Sequence record: NC_019526.1
DNA: 64,000 bases
Direction: 5' to 3' (one strand)
Shown: positions 38,043 through 47,058 of the stretch, piece after piece
Position numbering within the stretch: the stretch's first letter is position 1
How the letters are laid out: every line of letters begins with the position of its first letter
Program-made: the position numbers and the translations under genes
Notes under the pieces: generated by a model
Database searches by the model: none
Seen by the model: only the letters and a program-made list of their open reading frames with translations
What the model was told of the DNA's origin: nothing

Positions 38043-38600
38043 ATGATCATCCAAATCAATAGTTATAAAACAAAAGAAGAACTGACCACCCTTATCATTA
38101 AAGCTATTCAAAAAGGGGAAAGTTATATCAAAATTCCATTAGATAAAACAAGCAATCGTAATATTGTTATTTCTCAAATTGATAAAGATTTTGATATCAA
38201 TATATGCTATATGGAAGAAACCAGTACTGATATCATTTACTCAGGTACTGAATCATTTAAACCAGACCAAATCATTACAGCAGTGTATAATTGCGTCCAA
38301 CGTTATTTCAGTACTGAACCAAATAAAACAATCAGAGAACAACAAAAATACAATACACGAAATATGCAAGAAGTAGAAAAACATAGTAAAAACTTCCCCT
38401 GTGGTATGACCGTCAAAGAATTAAAAGAATTAATTAAAGATTGGCCTGAAACCAATCAGTACGGAGAAGATACTTTAGTCTATATCAGTACTGAATCAGA
38501 TACGGATTGTACTGTACATTCTTCGTGGTGTTCATCAGTAAGAACTAATGATAATGGTACACTTGTATATGACTTAACTCTTGATACAGAACAAAGATAA
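38043..38600 (+). CDS. hypothetical protein
   Basis: AAGGA SD. Confidence 0.75.
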   Translation: MIIQINSYKTKEELTTLIIKAIQKGESYIKIPLDKTSNRNIVISQIDKDFDINICYMEETSTDIIYSGTESFKPDQIITAVYNCVQRYFSTEPNKTIREQQKYNTRNMQEVEKHSKNFPCGMTVKELKELIKDWPETNQYGEDTLVYISTESDTDCTVHSSWCSSVRTNDNGTLVYDLTLDTEQR

Positions 38601-38608
38601 TTAAAAAG

Positions 38609-38648
38609 ACTCCCCGTAAAACTCGATCAAACGGATTCTACGGGGAGT
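38609..38648. terminator. GC-rich hairpin bounding the gene run
   Basis: ACTCCCCGTA/TACGGGGAGT stem; A tract on left. Confidence 0.5.
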
Positions 38649-39074
38649 ATACTATATTGGACGATATGGTCATTATAGTAGACAATTTAATGGATATGGG
38701 TGATTCAGTACTGATAATAATGAATAGGAATTGATAAGAATAGTATAGTACTATTCAGTACTATTCAGAGTGAATCAGTACTATTAAGAATGATTAAGTA
38801 CTGATATGCCACTAAGTCCGTTTATAAAGTCGCACCCAGTGGGCTACATTTGTAACTATTCAGTACTTAATAATTCAACTCATCAATTATTACAAACCTA
38901 ACTATTTCAAATCTAATTACCCCATTAACTAAATCCCCAAATTATATATTAGCAAAAATCCCAGTACTAAATCAAGAAAAATCTGGATTGTCGATGAGAA
39001 AAAATCTGGATTTTAAAAATTTTGAAATGTCGTTCATAGTTCAGGAAAAAAATGAAATCATAACAAGAAAAGTG

Positions 39075-39103
39075 TTGACACGGACATACTGCCATTATAT
39101 AAT
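39075..39103 (+). promoter_or_regulatory. perfect consensus sigma70 promoter
   Basis: TTGACA-17-TATAAT. Confidence 0.85.
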
Positions 39104-39109
39104 GTAATC

Positions 39110-39590
39110 CTCAAGACGAGAGAATGTTCTCTCACAGAAAATGCGAAGAAGCCGAGTTTATCTGTCCCTGCGTTAGTGGGCTAACATTTGAATAGGACAA
39201 TACGTAGATGAGTGAAAAAGGTTCAAAGGGAAATATTTGATTCCCTGTAGTATAGTTAATGAGTTAGTACTGATTTAGATATAATCATTGAGTAGTACTA
39301 CTGTCGCAAAGGGAAACCTTTGGCTTCCATGGGGAGTGATGACAGAAGGGCATTATCCTCCATATAGAGTTACTGCGAATAACTCCGTAAGTTGGGTTGT
39401 GGCAAACCTCCTAAAATAGTGAATCTACAGTACTACTGATTGGTAGTACTGCTTTTAATTTAAAGTGTTTCTTTCCATAGAGAAAAGGTGCATGTAACTT
39501 GAACATGTGAACTACGGGAACAGTACTGAACAATTCCAGTACTGATTCCTCTCCAAATTTTGGATACAATAATGCTAGGCTTCAGTTAGT
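39110..39590 (+). ncRNA. candidate long structured ncRNA
   Basis: No ORF; many hairpins (CAAAGG-gaaa-CCTTTG, GAGTTA/TAACTC, CAGTACTAC/GTAGTACTG). Confidence 0.5.
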
Positions 39591-39596
39591 ACTGAG

Positions 39597-39715
39597 TGAG
39601 AATGATAATGATTCTCATTTGAATTGGATGAGAACGATTCTCATTTACTATTGCAAATGATAATAGATTGCATTTACGAATGGTTCTCATTCGCAGATGA
39701 TAATGATTCTTATTC
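39597..39715. promoter_or_regulatory. cluster of Fur-box-like sites
   Basis: GAGAATGATAATGATTCTC (16/19 to GATAATGATAATCATTATC) at 39598; 7-1-7 sites at 39629 and 39698; two weaker sites between. Confidence 0.75.
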
Positions 39716-39847
39716 AAAATTGATTTTTCCGATTTTTTCCATTAGTCACCCTTCAGCGTAGGGTTAATTTTTCCCCTGCCGAATCGGTTTTATATTTTCA
39801 AAATCTGGATTAATCATATCAGTACTAACCCAGATAAACAATACCCT

Positions 39848-39862
39848 TTTACAAATCTTTAC
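39848..39862. promoter_or_regulatory. CpxR-consensus direct repeat
   Basis: TTTAC-AAATC-TTTAC (GTAAA-N5-GTAAA on - strand); identical at 40220, 40833, 41067, 48856. Confidence 0.5.
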
Positions 39863-39889
39863 AAAAAGATTCTAAATGCGAATACAAAT

Positions 39890-39908
39890 GATAATGATTC
39901 TCATTTAC
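39890..39908. promoter_or_regulatory. Fur-box-like site
   Basis: GATAATGATTCTCATTTAC, 15/19. Confidence 0.7.
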
Positions 39909-40115
39909 AGTACTGAATACTTTTCCCCACGCCCTGGCGTCTCCGGTTCCTCCCGTCTATATAAACATTATACAGTACTGAAATATTAAGTCAATACTAT
40001 TTTTTCAAAAAGATTAAAATAAAATACTTGCAATCCTGATATTATTATATTATAATGTTTACAGTACTGAGAAAGTGCTTTTGCCAGCTAGGGTGCGGGG
40101 GAGTATGCGTTAAAT

Positions 40116-40134
40116 GAGAATGATAATCATTTAC
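40116..40134. promoter_or_regulatory. Fur-box-like site between convergent promoters
   Basis: GAGAATGATAATCATTTAC, 16/19. Confidence 0.75.
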
Positions 40135-40328
40135 AGTACTGGACGGATTTTCCCACCCTCGGGGGTCTCTTTTTGTCTATGTAGTAATTATACAGTACTG
40201 AGATACTATATCAAGTCTCTTTACAAATCTTTACAAATCACCCGGGGAGATTTTTCTTTACAATAAAAGTACTTGCATAATTCTTTCAGTACTGCTATTA
40301 TATATTCATACCAAACAGGAGAACTACC

Positions 40329-40499
40329 ATGAAATACGCATACTCTTATTTTATTGTGAACGGTGAACGTTTGACCATCGGCCAGGCAGCGGTAAAGCAT
40401 GAAATCATTTGCGATGATCTGGCGAAGATGCTACCAGGTGAAACGCAAGAGTTTTACAAAGGCTTTCAGAAAGTCACTGTGACCCGCTGCGAAGATTGA
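40329..40499 (+). CDS. hypothetical protein (56 aa)
   Basis: Own promoter, AGGAG SD. Confidence 0.7.
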   Translation: MKYAYSYFIVNGERLTIGQAAVKHEIICDDLAKMLPGETQEFYKGFQKVTVTRCED

Positions 40500-40562
40500 T
40501 CCAGTACTGGGGCAGCAATGCCCCTAAAACGTCCTGTAACGCATTGTAAGAGGTTTTAGAAT

Positions 40563-40790
40563 ATGGCTAGAGAAGTTAACGCAGGTGATATAAAGGCGGC
40601 TGTACTGCGTACACTGAAAGCATACGGCAGAAAGTTGAATGATCGCAACGTTCCCTATTATTTCCTTGCTGCTACTCATAAAATGGCAATCGCTGAGGCT
40701 CGCGGGTGGCTGAATGATCGCAGTACTGTAAAGAGTACCAGAACAAGAAACGCAATTGAGCGATGGATAAAAGAATTAAATCATTTCTAA
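40563..40790 (+). CDS. hypothetical basic protein
   Basis: GAGG SD. Confidence 0.65.
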   Translation: MAREVNAGDIKAAVLRTLKAYGRKLNDRNVPYYFLAATHKMAIAEARGWLNDRSTVKSTRTRNAIERWIKELNHF

Positions 40791-40949
40791 TAGTTCAGTA
40801 CTGAAATTATAAGGGGAGTTAATTAATTCCCCTTTACAAATCTTTACAAAAGAATTGTTGACATAGTATCCCAGTACTGGTATTATGTATTCATAGACAG
40901 AACAAGTCTTTGGCCCACCGGGTGCGGGGGAGTATCTATTAGATTGAAT

Positions 40950-40974
40950 GAGAATGATAATGATTCTCATTTAC
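40950..40974. promoter_or_regulatory. overlapping Fur-box-like sites between convergent promoters
   Basis: GAGAATGATAATGATTCTCATTTAC (16/19 and 15/19 registers). Confidence 0.75.
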
Positions 40975-41178
40975 TGTACTGAATATATTTCCGCACCCTT
41001 TTGGGCTTTTCGATTACTTTCTACTTGTTAATAAGTATACCATAATCAGTACTGAATGCAATGGTCTTTACAAATCTTTACAAAAGAAAATAATTATAAA
41101 AAGTACTGAAAAAGTACTTGACGTAATAATGTAGTACTGGCATAATACATCCATACCAAACAGAACGGAGTAACTATA

Positions 41179-41466
41179 ATGTTTAATGAAAATGATCATA
41201 TTGTTAAAGAGTTTTCTTTCAGTAAGCCTATCCATTTAGAAAACGGTGAAACGCTGGACAATAAATTTTATGGTAGTATTATTAAGCGTTATACATCGCG
41301 GAGTAGTACTGGAATTTTGTGGGAAGTGAATAAACAGTACAATGGTAATTCGCTGGTTGTCAATGAGTGGGAAAGTTATGCAGTAGCTGAAATGGATTTT
41401 TCTAACTTTATTACTGAATCTTTGAACGATGATATTTTTTACAAGTTCACGGCGGAAAGGGTTTAA
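41179..41466 (+). CDS. hypothetical protein
   Basis: Own promoter, GGAG SD. Confidence 0.75.
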   Translation: MFNENDHIVKEFSFSKPIHLENGETLDNKFYGSIIKRYTSRSSTGILWEVNKQYNGNSLVVNEWESYAVAEMDFSNFITESLNDDIFYKFTAERV

Positions 41467-41582
41467 AAAGTTTTAAAGAGTACTTGACAACATAAACCAG
41501 TACTGTATAATGTATTGCATAGAAAGGAGATTCCAGAATAATGGAATCTCCGATAAAACAAACTAATCAGGAGTTAATTACC

Positions 41583-42191
41583 ATGAACGTTATCGATACC
41601 ATCTATTCTAAATCTTTTATCGAACTGAATGAAGAGCAGAAAGAAAAAGCAATTGATATTATGCGGGAAATTGAAAATCAGGACACTACCCCTTATTGGT
41701 CAATTGATCTTGTTAACCAGATGAAAGAAAAATTAGTACAATATGGAATTGATGATTCTGAAATTTTGTGGTCTGGATTTTGTTCACAGGGAGACGGTGC
41801 AAGTATCAGCACTGAATCAATTAATGCTGAGATGTTTTTACGTAAGGTAAAAGCGTGGTCTAAATTTAAAGGCTTGCGTAAATTCATCTCCGAAGAAACT
41901 ATTTCTTTGAGTGTTCGCCGGGTGAGCCATCATTACTATCATGAATATTGTGTTAGTGGTAATGTTGAAATTGCTTATTGTGAAGATGTTACCGCCAAAC
42001 AAGAACAATTAGTGGACGATTTGCAAACTTTGATCACAAGTACTATTCGTGATTTGTCTCGTGAATTGTATAAAGATTTAGGGAATGAAAACGATTATCA
42101 AAATAGTGATGAAGCATTGATTGAATTGATTAATGCAAATGATTATAATTTCAAAGTTAATAGTACTGGTAACGTATTGGGGTTAGCGTAA
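41583..42191 (+). CDS. conserved acidic protein of the SGFxSQGDGA family
   Basis: F-x-EL...KEKAI, WSGFCSQGDGAS, HYYHEY, LYKDL..E.DY..SDEA; function unproven; track ATG 41541 lies in a 5' hairpin. Confidence 0.7.
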   Translation: MNVIDTIYSKSFIELNEEQKEKAIDIMREIENQDTTPYWSIDLVNQMKEKLVQYGIDDSEILWSGFCSQGDGASISTESINAEMFLRKVKAWSKFKGLRKFISEETISLSVRRVSHHYYHEYCVSGNVEIAYCEDVTAKQEQLVDDLQTLITSTIRDLSRELYKDLGNENDYQNSDEALIELINANDYNFKVNSTGNVLGLA

Positions 42192-42476
42192 TGACTAAAT
42201 TATATATTCGTTTCTGTTTTGCCTGGTACTTGTATAATCTGCAAAATGGTTATACAGTGAAATAATGCACTGATATACTGTAAAACGTCCTGTAAACGAT
42301 TATGGGACGTTTTAAGGAATATTAGTACAATGTTAGTACTGAATGATTTAAACGCCTTACAGTGGCTTACCGAGCGTTTAAAAAGTAATTGACGTAATAA
42401 TGTAGTACTGGCATAATTCATCTATACCAAACAACAAAGGGAATCAGTACTGATTCCCCTGTAAGGAGTAACCAAA

Positions 42477-42791
42477 ATGAGTACTAAAGAACTGAATGTA
42501 ACTACCAACACTTATAAGACGTTATGCGGTCGGTTGTTACGTGATTATTACACTGTAGAGATTGAAGAACGCGAATTACCCGAAGATAAACACTATTGGG
42601 AAAGTGGTGTTAGTCCTCTGCTACGGGTAACAACGTCTAAGCATGTTTTCTTTACTTCCCGCATTCATGTTAATAAGCGTGTTGAATTGACTTTCTCTTT
42701 CAGTGGTAGTTATAAAGATCATGAGATCTTGAATGATCGTATCGTTATTAATAAATTTATTCAAATGTATGGTGCGGATTCTTTACTTTAA
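42477..42791 (+). CDS. hypothetical protein
   Basis: Promoter-hairpin-AGGAG cassette. Confidence 0.75.
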   Translation: MSTKELNVTTNTYKTLCGRLLRDYYTVEIEERELPEDKHYWESGVSPLLRVTTSKHVFFTSRIHVNKRVELTFSFSGSYKDHEILNDRIVINKFIQMYGADSLL

Positions 42792-42877
42792 GTACTTGAC
42801 AATTCGATCCAGTACTGTATAATGTATTACATCAAAGGGGATACATAGTGTATCCCTGATATAAAGGAGTAGCGACT

Positions 42878-43237
42878 ATGCGAGCTTTTAACGTTTATAA
42901 GAATGACAAGAAAATTGATGTTGTTTATTATTCCGAAGTAATGACGGCAAAAGAAGTAACCGATTTGCTGAATAGCCGTGGTGAATACAACGGCGAAGTA
43001 AAAGCATTTCGGTCATTGAATAGTGCGAATATTCGCACAGTACTGAAAAATGCTAAAACTGTTTTATTCAATGATGACGAATATTTTAATAAAGATGTTA
43101 CGGGTATTAAAAACCTGGAAGATCTGAAAAGCCTTATTGGTATTAAAGGCAACGTATACAAAGTGGGGGAAGTCGGATCCCGCCATGAATATAAATTAGC
43201 CAATAGTGATTATAAATTTTCAATCCTGGTAATGTAA
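42878..43237 (+). CDS. hypothetical protein
   Basis: Promoter-hairpin-AGGAG cassette. Confidence 0.75.
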   Translation: MRAFNVYKNDKKIDVVYYSEVMTAKEVTDLLNSRGEYNGEVKAFRSLNSANIRTVLKNAKTVLFNDDEYFNKDVTGIKNLEDLKSLIGIKGNVYKVGEVGSRHEYKLANSDYKFSILVM

Positions 43238-43238
43238 T

Positions 43239-43442
43239 ATGAAAGTTTATATTTTGGAAGTGGAAGAATGTAATTCATATTCTTACAGTGGTACACTATC
43301 ACGCGTGGAGGCGGTATTTGCCAGCGAGAAAGAAGCCCACGCCGCTGGGGTTCAAAAAGTAAAAGAAGGCTATGAAGGTTATAGCGTCGATGCTTATGAT
43401 ATTCAGGGCGATCTTTCAGCACTTTTAAAGGAATTAAAATAA
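43239..43442 (+). CDS. hypothetical protein
   Basis: Packed + strand ORF. Confidence 0.7.
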   Translation: MKVYILEVEECNSYSYSGTLSRVEAVFASEKEAHAAGVQKVKEGYEGYSVDAYDIQGDLSALLKELK

Positions 43443-43657
43443 TGGAATATGAATTAATATATCACACTCGGTTATATGTTATTTTCTTTGAAATAACGTT
43501 ATGGGGAGTAAAGGCAACGATTTATAATAAAGACGTTGTCGACGATCAAGAATGGATCGTTGTTGCAGAAGATAAAACGCCTCATGATTCGTTAAGTACT
43601 GATTTTAAATTATGCCGTGAATTATTAAAGAGAATAAGAAAAGAGAATAATATATAA
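43442..43657 (+). CDS. hypothetical protein
   Basis: AAGGA SD, coupled. Confidence 0.7.
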   Translation: MEYELIYHTRLYVIFFEITLWGVKATIYNKDVVDDQEWIVVAEDKTPHDSLSTDFKLCRELLKRIRKENNI

Positions 43658-43690
43658 AACAAAGGGGATCGATTGATCCCCTTTGTTGTT
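43658..43690. terminator. bidirectional intrinsic terminator
   Basis: AACAAAGGGGATC-gatt-GATCCCCTTTGTT. Confidence 0.75.
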
Positions 43691-43849
43691 TCAGTACTGA
43701 ATTAATAATAGATACACTACGGCACCCTATGGGTTAGTGCCTTGTGTCCGGCTTATGTGGTTATTATGCCAGTACTGCGAACATAAGTCAATAGTTGATT
43801 TGTAAAGAAGTGTAAATGCACAGGAAGCATTGTAAGGCGTTAATCTGTT

Positions 43850-43857
43850 GCTGGTGG
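43850..43857 (+). other. Chi site (first of seven co-oriented)
   Basis: GCTGGTGG; also 45898, 50843, 52476, 54780, 56040, 57570. Confidence 0.85.
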
Positions 43858-44164
43858 CTGATAGTATAGAGTAGTGTTTTAGATTGATTGTAGGCCGTTG
43901 TAGGCGTTTATAGATAGTAAAGTACTGATAATGTTTAATGATCCTGGTATGTGCAAATTATTTTAATTTTTTTCGTATTGGGTATTGACGGATTATGTCA
44001 GTACTGGCATAATGTATCACATGAAGCGGCGAGATAGAAAATCATCTCAGTAGCTGGCCAGTAAAGCATACGAAGTCCTGGTGTCGCCTCAAACGGTTTT
44101 AGGTATCAAATAACACGTAACATCTAAACGTTGATGATACTGAAAACTAAAAAGAAAAAAGTAG

Positions 44165-44202
44165 TTGACAAGTACTAACGAGAATGAGATAATCTCTCTC
44201 GT
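44165..44202 (+). promoter_or_regulatory. promoter with operator-like palindrome over -10
   Basis: TTGACA-17-GATAAT; AACGAGA...TCTCGTT inverted repeat. Confidence 0.65.
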
Positions 44203-44246
44203 TGAAACAAACAAACAATCTTAATCAAAACTTAAAGGTGAATAAA

Positions 44247-44747
44247 ATGGCTAAACTGAATTCTGTGATCGTTGCTCTGCTGGCTGGTGATGTTGCTGCT
44301 CTGAATACTTCTTTCGCGTCGGTATCGATGGAAGATATGAAAACTGTTCGTAATAACTTTAACGAGTTTTACTCCAAGTTTAAAGCTGCTAATGAAGCTG
44401 CTGAAGCGGCGGCGAAAGAGCGTAAAGTACAGATCGAAACCGAAACGAAAGAACTGGTAGACGCCCTGGTAACTGCTGGCCTGGATCTGGAAATGGCCGC
44501 CGAAGTCGCCAGCCAGAAAATGGCGGTGAAATATCCCGAACTGGCTCCGAAGTCTGCAACTGGTAAAACCTGGTCGTTTGAAACCGTATTCGTTAACGTT
44601 GACGGTGAAAAACTGGAAATTGGCACCAAAGGCAACAAAGGCAGTATGAAAGCACTGGCGGCGGCACGCGAAGCAATTGCCGCAGGCAAATACAAAGATC
44701 GTGCTGAATGGATCGCCGCTCACGCCTGGACTGAAACCGAAGCGTAA
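44247..44747 (+). CDS. H-NS/StpA-like nucleoid-associated protein (divergent)
   Basis: SMEDM...EAAEAAAKERK...LVTAGLD matches the H-NS oligomerisation-domain pattern; strongly host-optimal, GC-rich codons. Confidence 0.55.
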   Translation: MAKLNSVIVALLAGDVAALNTSFASVSMEDMKTVRNNFNEFYSKFKAANEAAEAAAKERKVQIETETKELVDALVTAGLDLEMAAEVASQKMAVKYPELAPKSATGKTWSFETVFVNVDGEKLEIGTKGNKGSMKALAAAREAIAAGKYKDRAEWIAAHAWTETEA

Positions 44748-44768
44748 TAATTCAGTACTGTAATAATT

Positions 44769-44795
44769 AGCCTCCTGTAATTAGGAGGCTTTTTA
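44769..44795 (+). terminator. intrinsic terminator
   Basis: AGCCTCCT-gtaatt-AGGAGGCT then T run. Confidence 0.8.
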
Positions 44796-44826
44796 TTTTG
44801 TTCAAAAAAATATTTTAATTTATTTT

Positions 44827-45001
44827 TTGAACGGACTTCAAAAATCGGATATAATAATAAAGGGTGTTAATTACAGAGACCCCCATAGTGTTCGCTACGC
44901 TCACATAATGATCTTACTCGTTGCACTCGTAAGATCATTATCCAATCGGCCTTCGGCGATTTCTTTTTGATTTCCTACGGAAACCAAACGAAACCACCAG
45001 C
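44827..45001. other. promoter plus cluster of GNA-triloop hairpins (origin/pas-like)
   Basis: TTGAAC-17-TATAAT; - strand GC[GTA]GC, GT[GCA]AC, CC[GAA]GG, TTTCC[GTA]GGAAA; reverse Chi at 44994. Confidence 0.4.
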
Positions 45002-45397
45002 AAAGGCAGATCCCATTATTTGATTTAGTTAGTACTGCGATTAATTAGTAATTCATTGCACTACATAGCAATCAATTCCTTTTGTAATAGCTCACAGGAC
45101 GCAATAAGACGCGTTTAAATGACTTCCCTATGTAATGCCATTCCTTTTTAATAAGTCCTCTTAAAACGCGTTACAGTGCGTTATATGGCGTTTTTATAAT
45201 ACTCATCATTTCTTTTTCAAAAAGTACTTGCATTAATGATCCAGTACTGCAATAATGTACTCACTGAAACGCAGTAAGCGAAGTAAGTAAATGCAAATAA
45301 GTACTTGACAAAGTGTTGTAGTACTGGCATAATGAATACATCAAAACGAAATAGCAAAGGGATTCAGTACTGAATCCCTGTTAAGGAGAAAAACCAA

Positions 45398-45871
45398 ATG
45401 TTAAAACTTCATAAAGTACTTGATAACGCAGTTGTAACCGACTTTTTCCTGTCTCTTAACAACGAACCGAAAACAGCGAAGGAAATTGTTTTGAGTGGTT
45501 ACATCGCCAGCAAGTCAGAGATCGCACATTTGGAAAGTGCTTTCAAGTCCGGTGATGCATTATACAAAAAAATGCAAAATACCATCGAAGATTTGCAATA
45601 TATCAATTTACGTGATATTGTAGACAATAAATTGGATATTTCAGAAGAAGCACGCGAGAAGCTGGTAAGTAAATTATGTTACCGCTGCCGAACTGCAAAA
45701 TGGAATCGCATTCGTAGTATTATTACTTACGATTTAAGTAATATCGATTCCAAATCAATTCTTGAACGTATGTTATTAAATTTACAAAGCAATGAGTGGT
45801 TTTATACCGCCGCTCAATCTCATAGCGAAGAAATTGCATATATTCGTGATTATGTAATTTACAGCAAGTAA
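45398..45871 (+). CDS. hypothetical protein
   Basis: Promoter-hairpin-AGGAG cassette. Confidence 0.8.
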   Translation: MLKLHKVLDNAVVTDFFLSLNNEPKTAKEIVLSGYIASKSEIAHLESAFKSGDALYKKMQNTIEDLQYINLRDIVDNKLDISEEAREKLVSKLCYRCRTAKWNRIRSIITYDLSNIDSKSILERMLLNLQSNEWFYTAAQSHSEEIAYIRDYVIYSK

Positions 45872-45944
45872 TTAATAATTGATTAGCCATCATTAAAGCT
45901 GGTGGCTAATAGAATATTAATAACCTGTTAGGAGAATAATCTTT

Positions 45945-46214
45945 ATGAAAGGTATTAGTACTTTAATTGATAAAAACACTCATGTAAGACGTTCAATGAT
46001 TGCCGTATCACTGGCTAAAGTTGTTGCAAGTGGTTATCTGGTTTTTGTTGTAGATGGTAAATTGCAAGAGCGTTCAATTGCATTTAGTACTAAAGAAAAT
46101 TGCCGTTATATTGTATACAAGAAAGAAGCATACAAGATAGATTTACCAGCGAAACCGATCTCCGGTGGTTACAATGTTGAAAGTCTATATGAAAGGCCAC
46201 CGTATACTGCGTAG
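45945..46214 (+). CDS. hypothetical protein
   Basis: AGGAG SD. Confidence 0.75.
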   Translation: MKGISTLIDKNTHVRRSMIAVSLAKVVASGYLVFVVDGKLQERSIAFSTKENCRYIVYKKEAYKIDLPAKPISGGYNVESLYERPPYTA

Positions 46215-46291
46215 AATCGATTTTGAGCGGCTTTAATGAAATATAGGGTATCAGTACTGATACCCGTTTAAAACAGTGTAGGAGTGATTCT

Positions 46292-46462
46292 GTGAAGCGT
46301 GAACAAGCTTTATTGACGCCTGAAGAGGCAAGACGCTATGAAATGTTTTCAAACCAGGAAACGATCAAAGCGGCACAATATAACCCGGTTGCTTGTACAG
46401 TACAAAGAAAGAATTTTGTACTAAATGAAGTAGAAAGTATTATCAAATCAAATAAGGAGTAA
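46292..46462 (+). CDS. hypothetical protein (56 aa)
   Basis: AGGAG SD, GTG start. Confidence 0.5.
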   Translation: MKREQALLTPEEARRYEMFSNQETIKAAQYNPVACTVQRKNFVLNEVESIIKSNKE

Positions 46463-46468
46463 CAAGCT

Positions 46469-46741
46469 ATGCAAAATAACCGTCCAATGATCCGCAACAT
46501 GCTTTTCGTATTCCAGAAAAAAGTTAATGTAACTTCGGTAAATGGTGAACGTAAATTAAATGCAGCATTCGCCAAATATACCCAAAGCAAAAACATCCAT
46601 TACTTTTATCTTACTCTGAATGAGTTTAATGATCTGGTAAAAGAAATGTTTGTCAGTACTGAAATTGTTGCACCTGTAAGTACTGACACCATTTTGAAAG
46701 AGTGGGAAAGTTTTTACAAAAGTTCTGTTGTAATCGCTTGA
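46469..46741 (+). CDS. hypothetical protein
   Basis: AGGAG SD. Confidence 0.75.
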   Translation: MQNNRPMIRNMLFVFQKKVNVTSVNGERKLNAAFAKYTQSKNIHYFYLTLNEFNDLVKEMFVSTEIVAPVSTDTILKEWESFYKSSVVIA

Positions 46742-46795
46742 CAACATAATCCAGTACTGGCATAATAACTACATAGACCACAAAGGAGAAACATA

Positions 46796-46975
46796 ATGGA
46801 AACTGTAATTGCTACTACCAAAATCAATGGACTGGATAATGAAGTTTCATTGATCCATGACGGTAACGAATATGTTGTGTCATATGGTATCTATAAAACC
46901 TATCATGACGCTATCAATGAAGCTTTTGAGGATTATATGAAAGCAATTGAAATTGCTTATGATGATTATCGTTGA
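46796..46975 (+). CDS. small acidic protein (59 aa)
   Basis: Own promoter, AGGAG SD. Confidence 0.7.
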   Translation: METVIATTKINGLDNEVSLIHDGNEYVVSYGIYKTYHDAINEAFEDYMKAIEIAYDDYR

Positions 46976-47058
46976 AAGTACTTGCTTTAATCATTCAGTA
47001 CTGTATAATGTATTACATCAAAGGGAATGAATGATTCATTCCCACATAACCAGGAGTA

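Noticed and set aside
39597-39715. CRISPR array
   Set aside because: Repeats are degenerate operator-like boxes with 5-20 nt gaps, no constant repeat-spacer period, and no cas genes
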